DNA from: a virus
Lineage: Duplodnaviria > Caudoviricetes
IMG/VR virus record: IMGVR_UViG_3300037483_000641
Location: 1 to 42,070 of that record
Direction: 5' to 3' (one strand)
DNA length: 42,070 nt
Under the pieces are notes generated by a model. That model saw only the letters and a program-made list of their open reading frames with translations, did not search any database and was not told the DNA's origin. The first letter of the stretch is position 1; the number at the start of each line of letters is the position of its first letter. Positions 8,405-17,589 of the stretch are shown one piece after another. Made by a program: the position numbers and the translations under genes.

Positions 8405-8610
8405 TTCGAGATAGCCTTTGTTTTAGAAACTATCTCGTAATCCGCTTTTGTGTAAGCTGGGCAACCAACTTCATCGGCTTCATAGGAGCCGAAGCGGGGG
8501 AATTTCCCGAAGAATGCACGGTAGAAAGTGATTGCGTGTCCTTGCTCTCGACGAAGTTTCCACCAACCGTAGCGCAACATCGGCGTGATCATCCAAACTG
8601 GCATCTTCAT
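8401..8610 (-). CDS. hypothetical protein
   Basis: ATGA-coupled on both sides. Confidence 0.65.
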   Translation of the reverse strand: MKMPVWMITPMLRYGWWKLRREQGHAITFYRAFFGKFPRFGSYEADEVGCPAYTKADYEIVSKTKAISK

Positions 8611-9254
8611 GCGATCAGGCCCTTAACATTTTTCAGAATTTCGGAAAGGTCGGTAACTTCCAGTTTGGGTTTTATTGCCATCGTGGAGATCGAGTGGATG
8701 ATTTCGCGAGGAGCTTTGATCGCGAAAGCCTTTTCCATGGTCTCTTCGGAAACGACGAACTTGGACTTTTCTTCTTGAACTACAAAGAAGTCATCCGGGA
8801 CGATCTTTTCCAGAGCTACAGAAACTTTCTCCAGCAGCTTGGTGTTAGTTGCGTAGGTGGTGTTAACGCCGAACATCTCTTGGACGGCGATGGCCTTTTC
8901 TACTTTCAGGCCGTGCTTCTCGAACAGAGCAACTTCATCAGCAGTCAGAGCAGAGGTAGTAGAGCGTTTACGCATCTCGATCGAAGCAGATGCAGTGCCG
9001 TCCATGCCGCGGAAGTTGTCAGGGCGCTTGGCAGTAGCTTGAGCTTCGTTGAAGAAGTGATCAAACCCGGCAGCCTTAACGTCAGCTTCCAGTGAAGTTT
9101 TTGCAGCAGATAGAGCCTTGATCAGGGCATCCAGTTCGGCGACTTGTTGGATGCCGGGGAGTTGAACCTCGTCTTTATTCTTCTTGGCAGCTTTGGCGGG
9201 AGCAGCAACGGTTTTGGCTTTTGCAAACAGATTCTTTTTGATTTCGGCCATCAT
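8607..9254 (-). CDS. hypothetical early protein (Ala/Lys-rich N-terminus)
   Basis: GGAG RBS, first gene after the promoter at 9283-9311. Confidence 0.75.
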   Translation of the reverse strand: MMAEIKKNLFAKAKTVAAPAKAAKKNKDEVQLPGIQQVAELDALIKALSAAKTSLEADVKAAGFDHFFNEAQATAKRPDNFRGMDGTASASIEMRKRSTTSALTADEVALFEKHGLKVEKAIAVQEMFGVNTTYATNTKLLEKVSVALEKIVPDDFFVVQEEKSKFVVSEETMEKAFAIKAPREIIHSISTMAIKPKLEVTDLSEILKNVKGLIA

Positions 9255-9282
9255 TTTCTCCAGGTTTGTTTACGATGAAGAA

Positions 9283-9311
9283 ATTATATCATGAGCTTCA
9301 AGAAAGTAAAC
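9283..9311 (-). promoter_or_regulatory. early promoter GTTTAC-N17-TATAAT (heads the smpB operon)
   Basis: Exact motif. Confidence 0.85.
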
Positions 9312-9329
9312 ACTTTTGTTAAAATTTGA

Positions 9330-9551
9330 TCATTTTAGGAACTCAAATGAGAAAAATTTGATCATTAAGACCCCAAGAATCAAAATTCCACCTATGATAG
9401 ATGATACCATAAGGAGAATGAGAAACGGCAAAAATAGACCTACCCAATACGTGTAGACCTTGAAGTAATGATCTAAGTAGTAAGATTCTACTCCTCCTAT
9501 TCCACAAATCCAAGTCAAAACGATAAAGTCCCAGATCAAGATTTTCTTCAT
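9330..9551 (-). CDS. two-TM membrane protein
   Basis: Hydrophobic 73-aa ORF, ATGA-coupled. Confidence 0.65.
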   Translation of the reverse strand: MKKILIWDFIVLTWICGIGGVESYYLDHYFKVYTYWVGLFLPFLILLMVSSIIGGILILGVLMIKFFSFEFLK

Positions 9552-10225
9552 ATTCCAAGTTGCTCCGCGATGACTTTGACTTCTTTCACCACCGCTGGCG
9601 ATCTCTCAAACTTCTCTGACCAGTACGAGATGCCGATGTTCTTCATGAGATCTCGACGCTCTCCCTCATGTAAAGTTCCCATCCACTCCTTAAATCGCTT
9701 AGAGCAGAAGAGAAGCCACGGAGATAGCCGACGCTGTTGAATGAGCTCGGTGATCTCACCACTAGTAAACTTACCGAAGACGTCTCCCATCTCGATCTCA
9801 AGTCCTTCAGATAGAGTAAGCAGAGTCTCGATCGTATTCTGAACTTGTTCAAACGGATCAGATCGCTTGTCGGTATACTCAAGGAAGATCTGGTAAGCTT
9901 CGCTTCGACGCCAGAGAGCTGGGGCGATCTTGGCATTTGCCATGAGCTCACAGTACTTTTCGGGGTCAGGGATTCCGGTATCACGAGACCACTCAGCAAA
10001 CTTGACGAATGATGAGTAATAAGCGGAGGTCATAAAGCCTTCGATCGCTGGCGGCTTACGCCGCTGCTTTTCTAGCCAGGCTTTGTAAAGCAGGTATGCT
10101 TGCTGTCCGATGATCGTTTGAACTTCACGAGAACGCGACATCTGTGTACATTCATGCTGCATGAAGGGACGTTCTTTGTAGAACGATTTCTTACAGTATT
10201 TGCAAGAATATAAAGGTTGGCTCAT
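9548..10225 (-). CDS. zinc-finger-containing conserved phage protein
   Basis: N-terminal CxxC-x12-HxC (YSCKYCKKSF...QHEC); TATAAT at 10234-10239. Confidence 0.7.
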   Translation of the reverse strand: MSQPLYSCKYCKKSFYKERPFMQHECTQMSRSREVQTIIGQQAYLLYKAWLEKQRRKPPAIEGFMTSAYYSSFVKFAEWSRDTGIPDPEKYCELMANAKIAPALWRRSEAYQIFLEYTDKRSDPFEQVQNTIETLLTLSEGLEIEMGDVFGKFTSGEITELIQQRRLSPWLLFCSKRFKEWMGTLHEGERRDLMKNIGISYWSEKFERSPAVVKEVKVIAEQLGI

Positions 10226-10264
10226 AGAAGAGCATTATATCACATGCAGAGAAGAAAGGAAACA

Positions 10265-10741
10265 TCAAGAGATGTCTTGGTAGACATCTCTCTGCAACAG
10301 AGCATTAAGAGAAAATTCGGTATCTTCTATAGCCTGCTTGGTCGAGACGTCAATCTCACAAGTAGGAATTGACACACAGTCACTCCAGACGATCGGTTCT
10401 ATGTCATGATTCTTGAAGTCTCGACGAGAAGAGTAGTCCCAAATTGCGGTCTCTGTCTGATATTGACAGAAGTCATTTGGGTTGAGAAAGTTACGAACTT
10501 TAGTCGAACCTTGTCGTCTTTTCAAGATCGTTTGAGTAACGCTGCCGTCACTGACTTTCCGGTTGATAATCACGGTGTGTACAGAAGGATCTTCGTACAC
10601 CTTGTCTGGTACTTTCTCTCCTTCTGCAAGCTCAAAGGTTTTAACGCCTGAAAGCTCAAGTATGCTATTAGTCTCGTTCATAGCTACGTTTGGCGGCATT
10701 GCTTGCCGATGTAATAATGACCAATATTTGTAGATTCTCAT
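10265..10741 (-). CDS. hypothetical late protein
   Basis: ATAAATA box at 10747-10753, 5 nt before the ATG. Confidence 0.65.
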   Translation of the reverse strand: MRIYKYWSLLHRQAMPPNVAMNETNSILELSGVKTFELAEGEKVPDKVYEDPSVHTVIINRKVSDGSVTQTILKRRQGSTKVRNFLNPNDFCQYQTETAIWDYSSRRDFKNHDIEPIVWSDCVSIPTCEIDVSTKQAIEDTEFSLNALLQRDVYQDIS

Positions 10742-10745
10742 GCAT

Positions 10746-11219
10746 CTATTTATGCTTCAACTCACCTTGTAGCTCTTTCATTTCATCTTTTTGGAGACCG
10801 TGAGCTTCTCCAAGTTCCATGAGCTCTGCTGGAGAGAATAGTTGAAGAGTGTCCTCGGCTTCTCTAAGAGAGCAACGGTAGTGATCTGCGATGAGTTGGA
10901 CAGCACGTTTGCTCTTCTTAGAGCTCCCACCCAGTTTATAGTTTACCCATTGATATCTCTTCTTTGAGCCTGATGAGCATACGGTGAGCAGCTTTAGCAG
11001 CAGTTCCTTGTGATCTCCAAGATTGAAGACTGCTAGGTTAACGATCTCGTTCAAGAAGATGATCTGTCGCTCGTCAGTGGTTCCCGCCATCCAGCGCATC
11101 GTTACTAACGAAGAGAATTCTTTCTTCTGCTCGTCAGTTAGATTGTCCCAGGTCTCATACTTCTTGGAGTCGATCTCACCGAGAAGTTGAAAAATATCAA
11201 GTGCGCGCTCTTTTGCCAT
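10746..11219 (-). CDS. clamp loader small subunit (T4 gp62-like), putative
   Basis: KKRYQW...LIADHYRCSLREA pattern like the gp62 family; downstream of the clamp loader ATPase. Confidence 0.6.
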   Translation of the reverse strand: MAKERALDIFQLLGEIDSKKYETWDNLTDEQKKEFSSLVTMRWMAGTTDERQIIFLNEIVNLAVFNLGDHKELLLKLLTVCSSGSKKRYQWVNYKLGGSSKKSKRAVQLIADHYRCSLREAEDTLQLFSPAELMELGEAHGLQKDEMKELQGELKHK

Positions 11220-11487
11220 ACACATACTCTCCATTTTCTAGCATATAGGTAAAACAATGCCAACCGTTTGAGAATCTTTCATCGAGACAGATCGCTTCGT
11301 CTTCATTGAATGCAAAGAAGACGTCACTTGGATAGACAGTTCTTTCAGAAATCTCTAGATGTCTTTTATCTTCATCATAGAGAATCACAATGAAAGGAAT
11401 CCGATGATGAGCTGCTAGCTCAAACAGTGACTTCTCCAAGATAGGAAGGTCATCACCTGCGCTTAGTGCAAAATTGAGAGTGATCAT
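11197..11487 (-). CDS. hypothetical protein
   Basis: Coupled ORF in the clamp-loader operon. Confidence 0.55.
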   Translation of the reverse strand: MITLNFALSAGDDLPILEKSLFELAAHHRIPFIVILYDEDKRHLEISERTVYPSDVFFAFNEDEAICLDERFSNGWHCFTYMLENGEYVYGKRART

Positions 11488-11648
11488 CTCGTCTTGTCTA
11501 GCTTGTCTGCCGTTGTAAAGTTGAAGAGTACTGCTAGTCTCTCCCAGAGATTATTCGTGCATCCAACCTTAATCCCAATGAGAAAACCGTGATGCAATCT
11601 AAGACGATAGAGATGATAGATTGTTAGTTCTTCAAGCTCTTGACTCAT
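11484..11648 (-). CDS. hypothetical protein
   Basis: ATGA overlap with the clamp loader stop. Confidence 0.5.
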   Translation of the reverse strand: MSQELEELTIYHLYRLRLHHGFLIGIKVGCTNNLWERLAVLFNFTTADKLDKTR

Positions 11649-12583
11649 TCTAATTCTCGGTTGAGACGGATGCAAGTAGCTTCAAAATTCAAATGTGGAA
11701 TTGCTACTAGAGCATGTTTATACATACCTTCAGCCAAAATGCAAATTGCCTTTTCATATAGGCCGACGTCAGCTGCATATTTTGGGTGCTTTCCGATGTT
11801 GCGGTAGAGGAACTCAAATACTTCCGTGAGTTGTTCAGAAGTACACTGCTCGGACACTAACTTGCGAATTTCGCGAAGGTTTCCAGAGATGATGAGGTCA
11901 AGGATCTTGAACTGATAGTCTCCACCCTCGGAGTCATGGACTGGCTTACCCAGCTTTCCGTTTGAGGTGTTGAGCTCCATGTTGTTGATGATCTTGCGAA
12001 TGTCAGGATATGCTTGATCAACGTATTTGGCTACGTCTTCTCCGTCACCGAAGTCAACTCCCTCATGGGTGAGAATCTCGAACATGCGCATCAACACGTC
12101 ATCTTTGCTTGGTGCTTTGAAGCGAAGGTGTTGGAACCGGGACTTGATCGCCGGGATGATCTTGTTCTCGTAGTTGCAAGTGCAGATGAAGCGGCAGGTA
12201 TCAGCGTTCTCCTCAAGGACAGCGCGAAGCATGCCCTGAGCAGCAAGAGACATGTAGTCGAATTCTTCTAATTTGACGACCTTAAACTTACCGACTGGAT
12301 AGGTCCCAGCGAAGTCGATGATCTCATTGCGAATGTAGTCAACCCCGGTCTTGTCAGATGCGTTGATACGCTTCACATCAACATCATCAACCCCAAGCTC
12401 ATGGATGAGAATCTCGGCAAGAGTCGTCTTTCCAGAACCTTGAGTTCCGGTTAGCAAGAGGTGAGGGATCTCACCGCTATCTATGATTCGTTGGATCTGC
12501 TGCTTCTGTTGATCGTTCTGAAAGACGTAACCGTCTAGAGTGTTGGGACGGTGCTTCTCAAACCACAATTTCTTGATCGCCAT
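11645..12583 (-). CDS. clamp loader AAA+ subunit (T4 gp44/RFC small-like)
   Basis: WFEKHRP, Walker A GTQGSGKT, NASD, AQGMLR, SRF sensor motif. Confidence 0.92.
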   Translation of the reverse strand: MAIKKLWFEKHRPNTLDGYVFQNDQQKQQIQRIIDSGEIPHLLLTGTQGSGKTTLAEILIHELGVDDVDVKRINASDKTGVDYIRNEIIDFAGTYPVGKFKVVKLEEFDYMSLAAQGMLRAVLEENADTCRFICTCNYENKIIPAIKSRFQHLRFKAPSKDDVLMRMFEILTHEGVDFGDGEDVAKYVDQAYPDIRKIINNMELNTSNGKLGKPVHDSEGGDYQFKILDLIISGNLREIRKLVSEQCTSEQLTEVFEFLYRNIGKHPKYAADVGLYEKAICILAEGMYKHALVAIPHLNFEATCIRLNRELE

Positions 12584-12603
12584 GGTGTTACCCTTTGTTA
12601 TTC

Positions 12604-12626
12604 GTGAGGATACATTGTATCCTCAC
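12604..12626. promoter_or_regulatory. perfect 11-bp inverted repeat over a TACAAT -10 box upstream of the clamp loader
   Basis: GTGAGGATACA-T-TGTATCCTCAC. Confidence 0.55.
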
Positions 12627-12648
12627 TAAGCTCAAAAGAACATTTAAC

Positions 12649-14061
12649 TTAGAGACTCTTGTTGATGTTTGGATCTTGCAAGATTGCACGACGAGGTTGA
12701 ATCAAGTCAGCTTGCGGAGTACCTGAAAATGTACCCTCAGCAAAGACGTCGATAGCTGGTTCAACCTGAACTTCCGAGGGCGTAAGCTCAGGTACAACAA
12801 TTGACTCCGGGGGCATGACTGGAACGTAGTCATGCACCTCTTGAATCATTGCATCTTCAAGAGCGACATCTACTTCAACTTCTTCGGGAGCTTCACCGGT
12901 GTCGATCGGATCATAGACATTCTTGAAAAGAACCTTCTCTTCAGAAATGAGAGCTCTCTCATCAGGGCCTAAAAGCTTTGGAGATTCTACCCGAATAGTA
13001 TGAGGCTTTGAAGTATCTTCAACCGGTTCAATGATCTCAATTGGCTTCACTCGCTTTCTTCTAGTACTACTGATTGATTTCGCGAGCTTAGGATCCTTAA
13101 AGGTGGTTGCCGGTTTCTTTGGAGCTAGAGCTTGCTCCAACGCGATCGAATCATAGAATTTTTGAGCTTTCTCAGAAACTGGAGCTCCAGCAGTTGATTT
13201 TACTCTCTCAGCTTCTTTATCCTCTTTATCAACCAAGATAGCTTCAGGTTTAGGATCACCAGGGGTGACAGGGACTATCCACGATGCAGGTGGCTCAGGA
13301 ATTGGTGGAGGATTACTCATCTCTCTACGCATTCTGATCAAGAAGTTACCAGCAAGGATGAAGATGATTGCCAGAGGATCAAAGACACCTACGATCGTTC
13401 CGATGATGTACTTGCTAGCGTCTTCAAGAGACAAGTTGAAGGCTTTTGCGATGTACGTGATCGGACCGGCGTGTACGTTAGACTCGATGTTCTCGCTGGC
13501 AGTCTTGAGGGCAAGCTCATTGAGTTCATCGATTCGTTGGCTCACGGTAGGAATTCGGCGTGCGATTCTCTTCGTCTCAGATCTGAAAGCCCAGATAAGA
13601 TTTTGCTTACGCTTCGGATCTTCTTCCTTCAAGATCTGCTCGTTTATTTGAGCAGACTGCTTCTGCAGGTCAGCTCGCTCGGCGATGAGCATGTCACGCT
13701 CTTTGTTGTAAGCATCTACCTTAAGAGTGATTCCCATATTGGGAGCCAATGCTTTCTGGAACGCACCAGAGAGGTAGCCGAAGGTACCTGCCGAAGAGAT
13801 CACCATCAAGACAATGACAGAAGGCAGAAGATAATACCTCAGCTTCTTGATGACTGGGTGAACCCAGTACTGGTACAGAAGCGAGACCGCAATGATCTTG
13901 GCGACGTCAAGGATGACGGCCATCGTGGTGATAACTGGATCATTCGCGAACAACGTTCCAAGACCTACAACAGAGATGTAAGTCCCGATCGCTTCCATCG
14001 CGAAAGCAGTCAAGAAAATTAGAAAGATGAATGTTAGCGACGGAGCTTTGTGGCTTTTCAT
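12649..14061 (-). CDS. membrane protein with coiled coil and Pro/Glu-rich tail
   Basis: Three N-terminal TM segments, coiled coil, GPITYIA...VFDPLA TM, low-complexity C-terminus. Confidence 0.75.
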   Translation of the reverse strand: MKSHKAPSLTFIFLIFLTAFAMEAIGTYISVVGLGTLFANDPVITTMAVILDVAKIIAVSLLYQYWVHPVIKKLRYYLLPSVIVLMVISSAGTFGYLSGAFQKALAPNMGITLKVDAYNKERDMLIAERADLQKQSAQINEQILKEEDPKRKQNLIWAFRSETKRIARRIPTVSQRIDELNELALKTASENIESNVHAGPITYIAKAFNLSLEDASKYIIGTIVGVFDPLAIIFILAGNFLIRMRREMSNPPPIPEPPASWIVPVTPGDPKPEAILVDKEDKEAERVKSTAGAPVSEKAQKFYDSIALEQALAPKKPATTFKDPKLAKSISSTRRKRVKPIEIIEPVEDTSKPHTIRVESPKLLGPDERALISEEKVLFKNVYDPIDTGEAPEEVEVDVALEDAMIQEVHDYVPVMPPESIVVPELTPSEVQVEPAIDVFAEGTFSGTPQADLIQPRRAILQDPNINKSL

Positions 14062-14076
14062 CGAGATTTCCTGAAG

Positions 14077-14406
14077 TTAGTACGTGTTGCCGGGAGCGTC
14101 ACTGATCGCGATCACGCGATCTTCATCGGTCTTCCAGAAACGATCAGCTACACGATCATCTCCAAGAGTAAAACCGAAGGTCCACTTACCAGGCTCGATG
14201 AGAATGAAGTCACCATTCCTGACTTCTTTGACGTTAGGACCGATTGCTAGTACTTCAGCCCAACGGGGAGAAGCAGTCTGGTTGCCATCTTCCGACGAGA
14301 TGATGAGACCTGATGCAGAGGTATTCTTGAAGCGTGTGGAAGTTACTTCGTCAACGAATTGGAAGATGATGTTGTTGCCCACAGCTTCCATATTGGGTTG
14401 TGTCAT
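14077..14406 (-). CDS. groES: co-chaperonin GroES-like (gp31-like)
   Basis: TSASGLII mobile loop, AEVLAIGPNVKEVRNGD.I, EDRVIA. Confidence 0.8.
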   Translation of the reverse strand: MTQPNMEAVGNNIIFQFVDEVTSTRFKNTSASGLIISSEDGNQTASPRWAEVLAIGPNVKEVRNGDFILIEPGKWTFGFTLGDDRVADRFWKTDEDRVIAISDAPGNTY

Positions 14407-14626
14407 GTAGATCTCTCTTATGATATGAAATTAAGCTACGATTGTCCTTAGCCCGATCCTATACTCACACGGAACAAGGCCTGGATTCAGTTCAAAGTAC
14501 TTCTTGATATAAGCTTCAGTTGATGAATTAGTAGGAAGATGATAGTACGAAGAGTCCATCGTAACGTCTATCGTCCTCCAGTCATTCAATCGGGCAAGAT
14601 CTTTGCGTTTTGATTAGGCATGATCT

Positions 14627-14656
14627 ATTATATCATAGTCTTATCTAGAAGTAAAC
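14627..14656 (-). promoter_or_regulatory. early promoter GTTTAC-N18-TATAAT
   Basis: Motif upstream of groES. Confidence 0.7.
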
Positions 14657-14661
14657 TAGAA

Positions 14662-15534
14662 TCAAGCGATGATACTTGCGTTTAGAGGTTTAGATCCGTC
14701 GGCATTTGCAGTGAACTTTACGTGACGAGGTTTCTTATCATCCGGGCCCATTGGAACTAGATCGCTAAAGACTTTTGGAATCCGATCATACACAAACTTG
14801 TGTCCGTCATCAGTTATAACTTCTGCACCGCTACGAGTAGCGACATCCATATAGAACACTTTCAAAGTGCCCGTAAATTGGCGTCTTCCTGTTTCTTCAA
14901 GAATTTGGCTTTTAGACACTGGCACCTTTGCTTCTTTCTTCAGAGCAGAAAGTTTCTTATCATACCCTTTTGCCCAGCTTGCAACGCTCTTGACTACTGT
15001 CTTCACAGCATTAGCGAGCTTTGAACCAAGATCACTTAGAAGACCTTCAGCAACCTTTGCTTTGACTTGCAGGGCCGGAGACTTCTCTTGCCCAAGAACA
15101 AGTGTAGAGTAAGCTTTCACGATCTCGTCAACTTTCGGTTGAAGCTCGTCTGGGATGAGCTTTGCTAACTCTCCAGCGATCTTCTCGTAGTCAACTACCG
15201 TCTTGTCGGCAGTCTTGGTCTTCCTGGAGACAGTCATCGTGAATGAGACGGTGTCGATCACGCGAGTAAGAACGACGTCTTCAGCCGCAAAGAGATCTTC
15301 AACCTTGCCCTTAATGTCCTCGTTCAACTTGTCACGTTGTTCACCCATTGTCTTGATCGCTTTGTTAAGGCGATCATAGCGTGCAGCTAACTTCGTTAGC
15401 GGTGCAGATTGAGCTCCGTGCAGCTCAAGAGTGACTCTCTCGAGTTGATCTTTAACTTTCTTCTCAATGTACTTGAGGTCTTCACGGCGAGCTTCGGTAA
15501 TGAGCATGTGCTCTTTAAGAGTAAGGTTTGTCAT
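14662..15534 (-). CDS. hypothetical coiled-coil protein, possible internal head protein
   Basis: Several L/I-x-E sites (LITE, VAE, ILEE). Confidence 0.6.
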   Translation of the reverse strand: MTNLTLKEHMLITEARREDLKYIEKKVKDQLERVTLELHGAQSAPLTKLAARYDRLNKAIKTMGEQRDKLNEDIKGKVEDLFAAEDVVLTRVIDTVSFTMTVSRKTKTADKTVVDYEKIAGELAKLIPDELQPKVDEIVKAYSTLVLGQEKSPALQVKAKVAEGLLSDLGSKLANAVKTVVKSVASWAKGYDKKLSALKKEAKVPVSKSQILEETGRRQFTGTLKVFYMDVATRSGAEVITDDGHKFVYDRIPKVFSDLVPMGPDDKKPRHVKFTANADGSKPLNASIIA

Positions 15535-15770
15535 TTCAGTTCCTTGGATTCTTCGTGCTTGATCTTATCTTCAGCACGCTTGATTTGATTTAGCATGTCA
15601 TTCACGGTGATACAACCGCTCCGAACGCTCTTGTACTCGCCCTTCTTAGCATCGACTGCCATTTGAGCGATCAGTTTCTCGAGGTATTTATCAGCGCTCT
15701 TTAGGCTTGATTGAGCACGAATGAGAAGCGGATTTGTAGATTCAGCAATTTGTTTGAAAGATATGTTCAT
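15531..15770 (-). CDS. hypothetical protein, possible internal head protein
   Basis: N-terminus MNISFKQIAES. Confidence 0.6.
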   Translation of the reverse strand: MNISFKQIAESTNPLLIRAQSSLKSADKYLEKLIAQMAVDAKKGEYKSVRSGCITVNDMLNQIKRAEDKIKHEESKELK

Positions 15771-15958
15771 TCCTGTGGCCTATAAATTTCACCGTCCCTC
15801 TGGATAATGCCGCCATGGGAGACGGTATAGTCATTGTTTGGATTCTCAGTGACTACATACTCTCCGAAAGGGATCGCATTTGGGTTGAAGATCCCACCAT
15901 GCTTTGCTTGGTACCCAGGACCAAATTCTGGTACAGGTACTACAGAAGGGCTGCTCAC
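15767..15958 (-). CDS. hypothetical protein
   Basis: Coupled ORF with an internal HGGI repeat. Confidence 0.55.
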   Translation of the reverse strand: MSSPSVVPVPEFGPGYQAKHGGIFNPNAIPFGEYVVTENPNNDYTVSHGGIIQRDGEIYRPQE

Positions 15959-16228
15959 TTATTTTCTCTTTGGAAGATCGGGAACTGGAGCTTCAACTCG
16001 TCCAGTTTGAACTGGAGCAGTATCGAGTTCAAACTCATTAACCGGAACAGTAGTAACTGCCGGTGCAGCAGGAACGCTCTTACCACGAGGCTTTCCCTCT
16101 TTGGCATCAATGAATTCCTTACGACGTGCTACTTCTATGTTCATGGGCGCTTGAGCAAGCATTTGCTTGATCACAATCGTGTCAAAGTCTACCATCTCAC
16201 CGCGTGCTGTTCTAACATTTCGTGCCAT
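15959..16228 (-). CDS. hypothetical protein
   Basis: AGGAG RBS; MARNVRTARGEMVDF. Confidence 0.7.
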   Translation of the reverse strand: MARNVRTARGEMVDFDTIVIKQMLAQAPMNIEVARRKEFIDAKEGKPRGKSVPAAPAVTTVPVNEFELDTAPVQTGRVEAPVPDLPKRK

Positions 16229-16244
16229 TTTACACTCCTATTCT

Positions 16245-16802
16245 CTATTTGATGAAGTCCGAAAGATCAATGTAATACTTTACCGGATCAACAGAGTGTA
16301 ACCCCATAAGATAGAGCAGATAACTGGAACATGAGCTCCCTCTTCCTACTCCCCAAATAACATTCTTCTCTTCCATCACATCAATCACGTAGATAAGTGT
16401 ACGAAGAACTTCATCGAGATTCAGTTGCTTGAACTTCCAGATCTCAGTAGAGAGACGTTCGATTCGTTTCTCGTAGAGATCATCTCTGTCGATCCTATCT
16501 GCCAATCCAAACAAGTAGGCATCAAGATCTAGTGAGTATTTATAGTGGTCAGGCAGCTTCCAGTCAGGAGGGAACTTTGAAGAACAGCTTGACTTCACTG
16601 AGAGAGGGAGATCGCTCACGGCATTGTACTCAATGATCTCCGGGGTCATTGAGGTTACATAAAGACGTTGTAGCTGGAGGTCTTGAGGTGTCAGTTTAAA
16701 GATATAGTCTACCACCTTCTCTGGGTCAACTGAGATAGTTCCGTCGGGCCAGAGAAGATGATCTTCAACTACGATGGGATTCAAGCTTGTCGGCATACTC
16801 AC
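16245..16802 (-). CDS. DnaE-like fragment (N-terminal piece of a split DNA polymerase III alpha)
   Basis: YEKRIERL..E, GVGRGSSCSSYLLYLMGLHSVDPVKY (cf. GPGRGSAAGSLVAYxLGITxxDPxxY). Confidence 0.85.
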   Translation of the reverse strand: MSMPTSLNPIVVEDHLLWPDGTISVDPEKVVDYIFKLTPQDLQLQRLYVTSMTPEIIEYNAVSDLPLSVKSSCSSKFPPDWKLPDHYKYSLDLDAYLFGLADRIDRDDLYEKRIERLSTEIWKFKQLNLDEVLRTLIYVIDVMEEKNVIWGVGRGSSCSSYLLYLMGLHSVDPVKYYIDLSDFIK

Positions 16803-16986
16803 AAATCAAATCATGCTTTTTCTTCAAGTTTCCTAACTCATATGAGATGCACCGCCCATTCTTTGCAAACTGACAGAAAGGGCGACAATCTAACTGAAGG
16901 ACGCCTGTAGATTGATCAGCATAGTGAAGTATCAGATCGCCCATGCCACAAAACTTCACGCGTGCAAACGGAATGATTTTACTCAA
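16765..16986 (-). CDS. hypothetical protein
   Basis: 73-aa ORF between the deaminase and the dnaE-N fragment. Confidence 0.5.
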   Translation of the reverse strand: MSKIIPFARVKFCGMGDLILHYADQSTGVLQLDCRPFCQFAKNGRCISYELGNLKKKHDLICEYADKLESHRS

Positions 16987-17416
16987 AGCTCTTCATCACT
17001 TCATCAAAGGTACGAACAATCACACCATCTTGTCGCAAGACGTCAAGACCATCAGAGATGCGATACGGAGTCTCGTAAATGAGCTCTGATAGACCGAGAC
17101 CGATGTAGTCTGCAGCGCAAGGAGGACATGGATTGTGGGTCATAATCAACGAAGCGCCGCGAATGATGTTGTGTGAGTTAGCCATCTTACGGAGAATATT
17201 CTTCTCTGCGTGTAGAACCGTTGGCTTGGTTACAAGAACGCCGTTGATCTCTTCTTCACAGCAGTTATCCCAACCGGGGGGTGTCCCGTTCCAGGCGTCT
17301 GCAAGAATGCATCGATCTCTCACGAGGATTGCCCCGACTTTCAAACGAACGGCCATCGAGTTCCGAGCGGCTCGCTTAGCTAAATCCATGTAGTAAATGT
17401 AGTCAGCTTTTTTCAC
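16979..17416 (-). CDS. dCMP deaminase (cytidine deaminase family)
   Basis: KVGA, NGTP.G..NCCE, HAE.N, THNPCPPCA Zn motif. Confidence 0.9.
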   Translation of the reverse strand: MKKADYIYYMDLAKRAARNSMAVRLKVGAILVRDRCILADAWNGTPPGWDNCCEEEINGVLVTKPTVLHAEKNILRKMANSHNIIRGASLIMTHNPCPPCAADYIGLGLSELIYETPYRISDGLDVLRQDGVIVRTFDEVMKSFE

Positions 17417-17554
17417 AGCATTCCTGCCTTGTCTTTACAATTATCAAAATGCCATCCGCGTCCTGAATGCTCGTATACCTTTTCCTTTACCAACATAGTA
17501 AGGAGTACCATCTTCTCGTAGATATGCATAAGTGTAGTAGATAAATTCGTTCAC
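17413..17554 (-). pseudogene. internally deleted GIY-YIG homing endonuclease remnant
   Basis: GTG...[21 protein letters not shown], then, out of frame, [14 protein letters not shown]; 142 nt in total. Confidence 0.8.
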
Positions 17555-17589
17555 TAATGCATTATATCACATGAGAGCTGCGTTGAAAA

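Noticed and set aside
7790-8610. tmRNA or tRNA gene beside smpB or elsewhere
   Set aside because: No GGGG...TTCRANTC...CCA tRNA-like ends found by eye; a covariance search is still needed.
14431-14622. Small ORFs between the promoter at 14627 and groES
   Set aside because: An 11-codon and a ~41-codon frame with poor SD spacing; a CDS call cannot be supported.
16339-16349. Third CTCTTCCTAC match
   Set aside because: Lies in the GVGRGS codons of the dnaE-N fragment and lacks the GGTGAG half.
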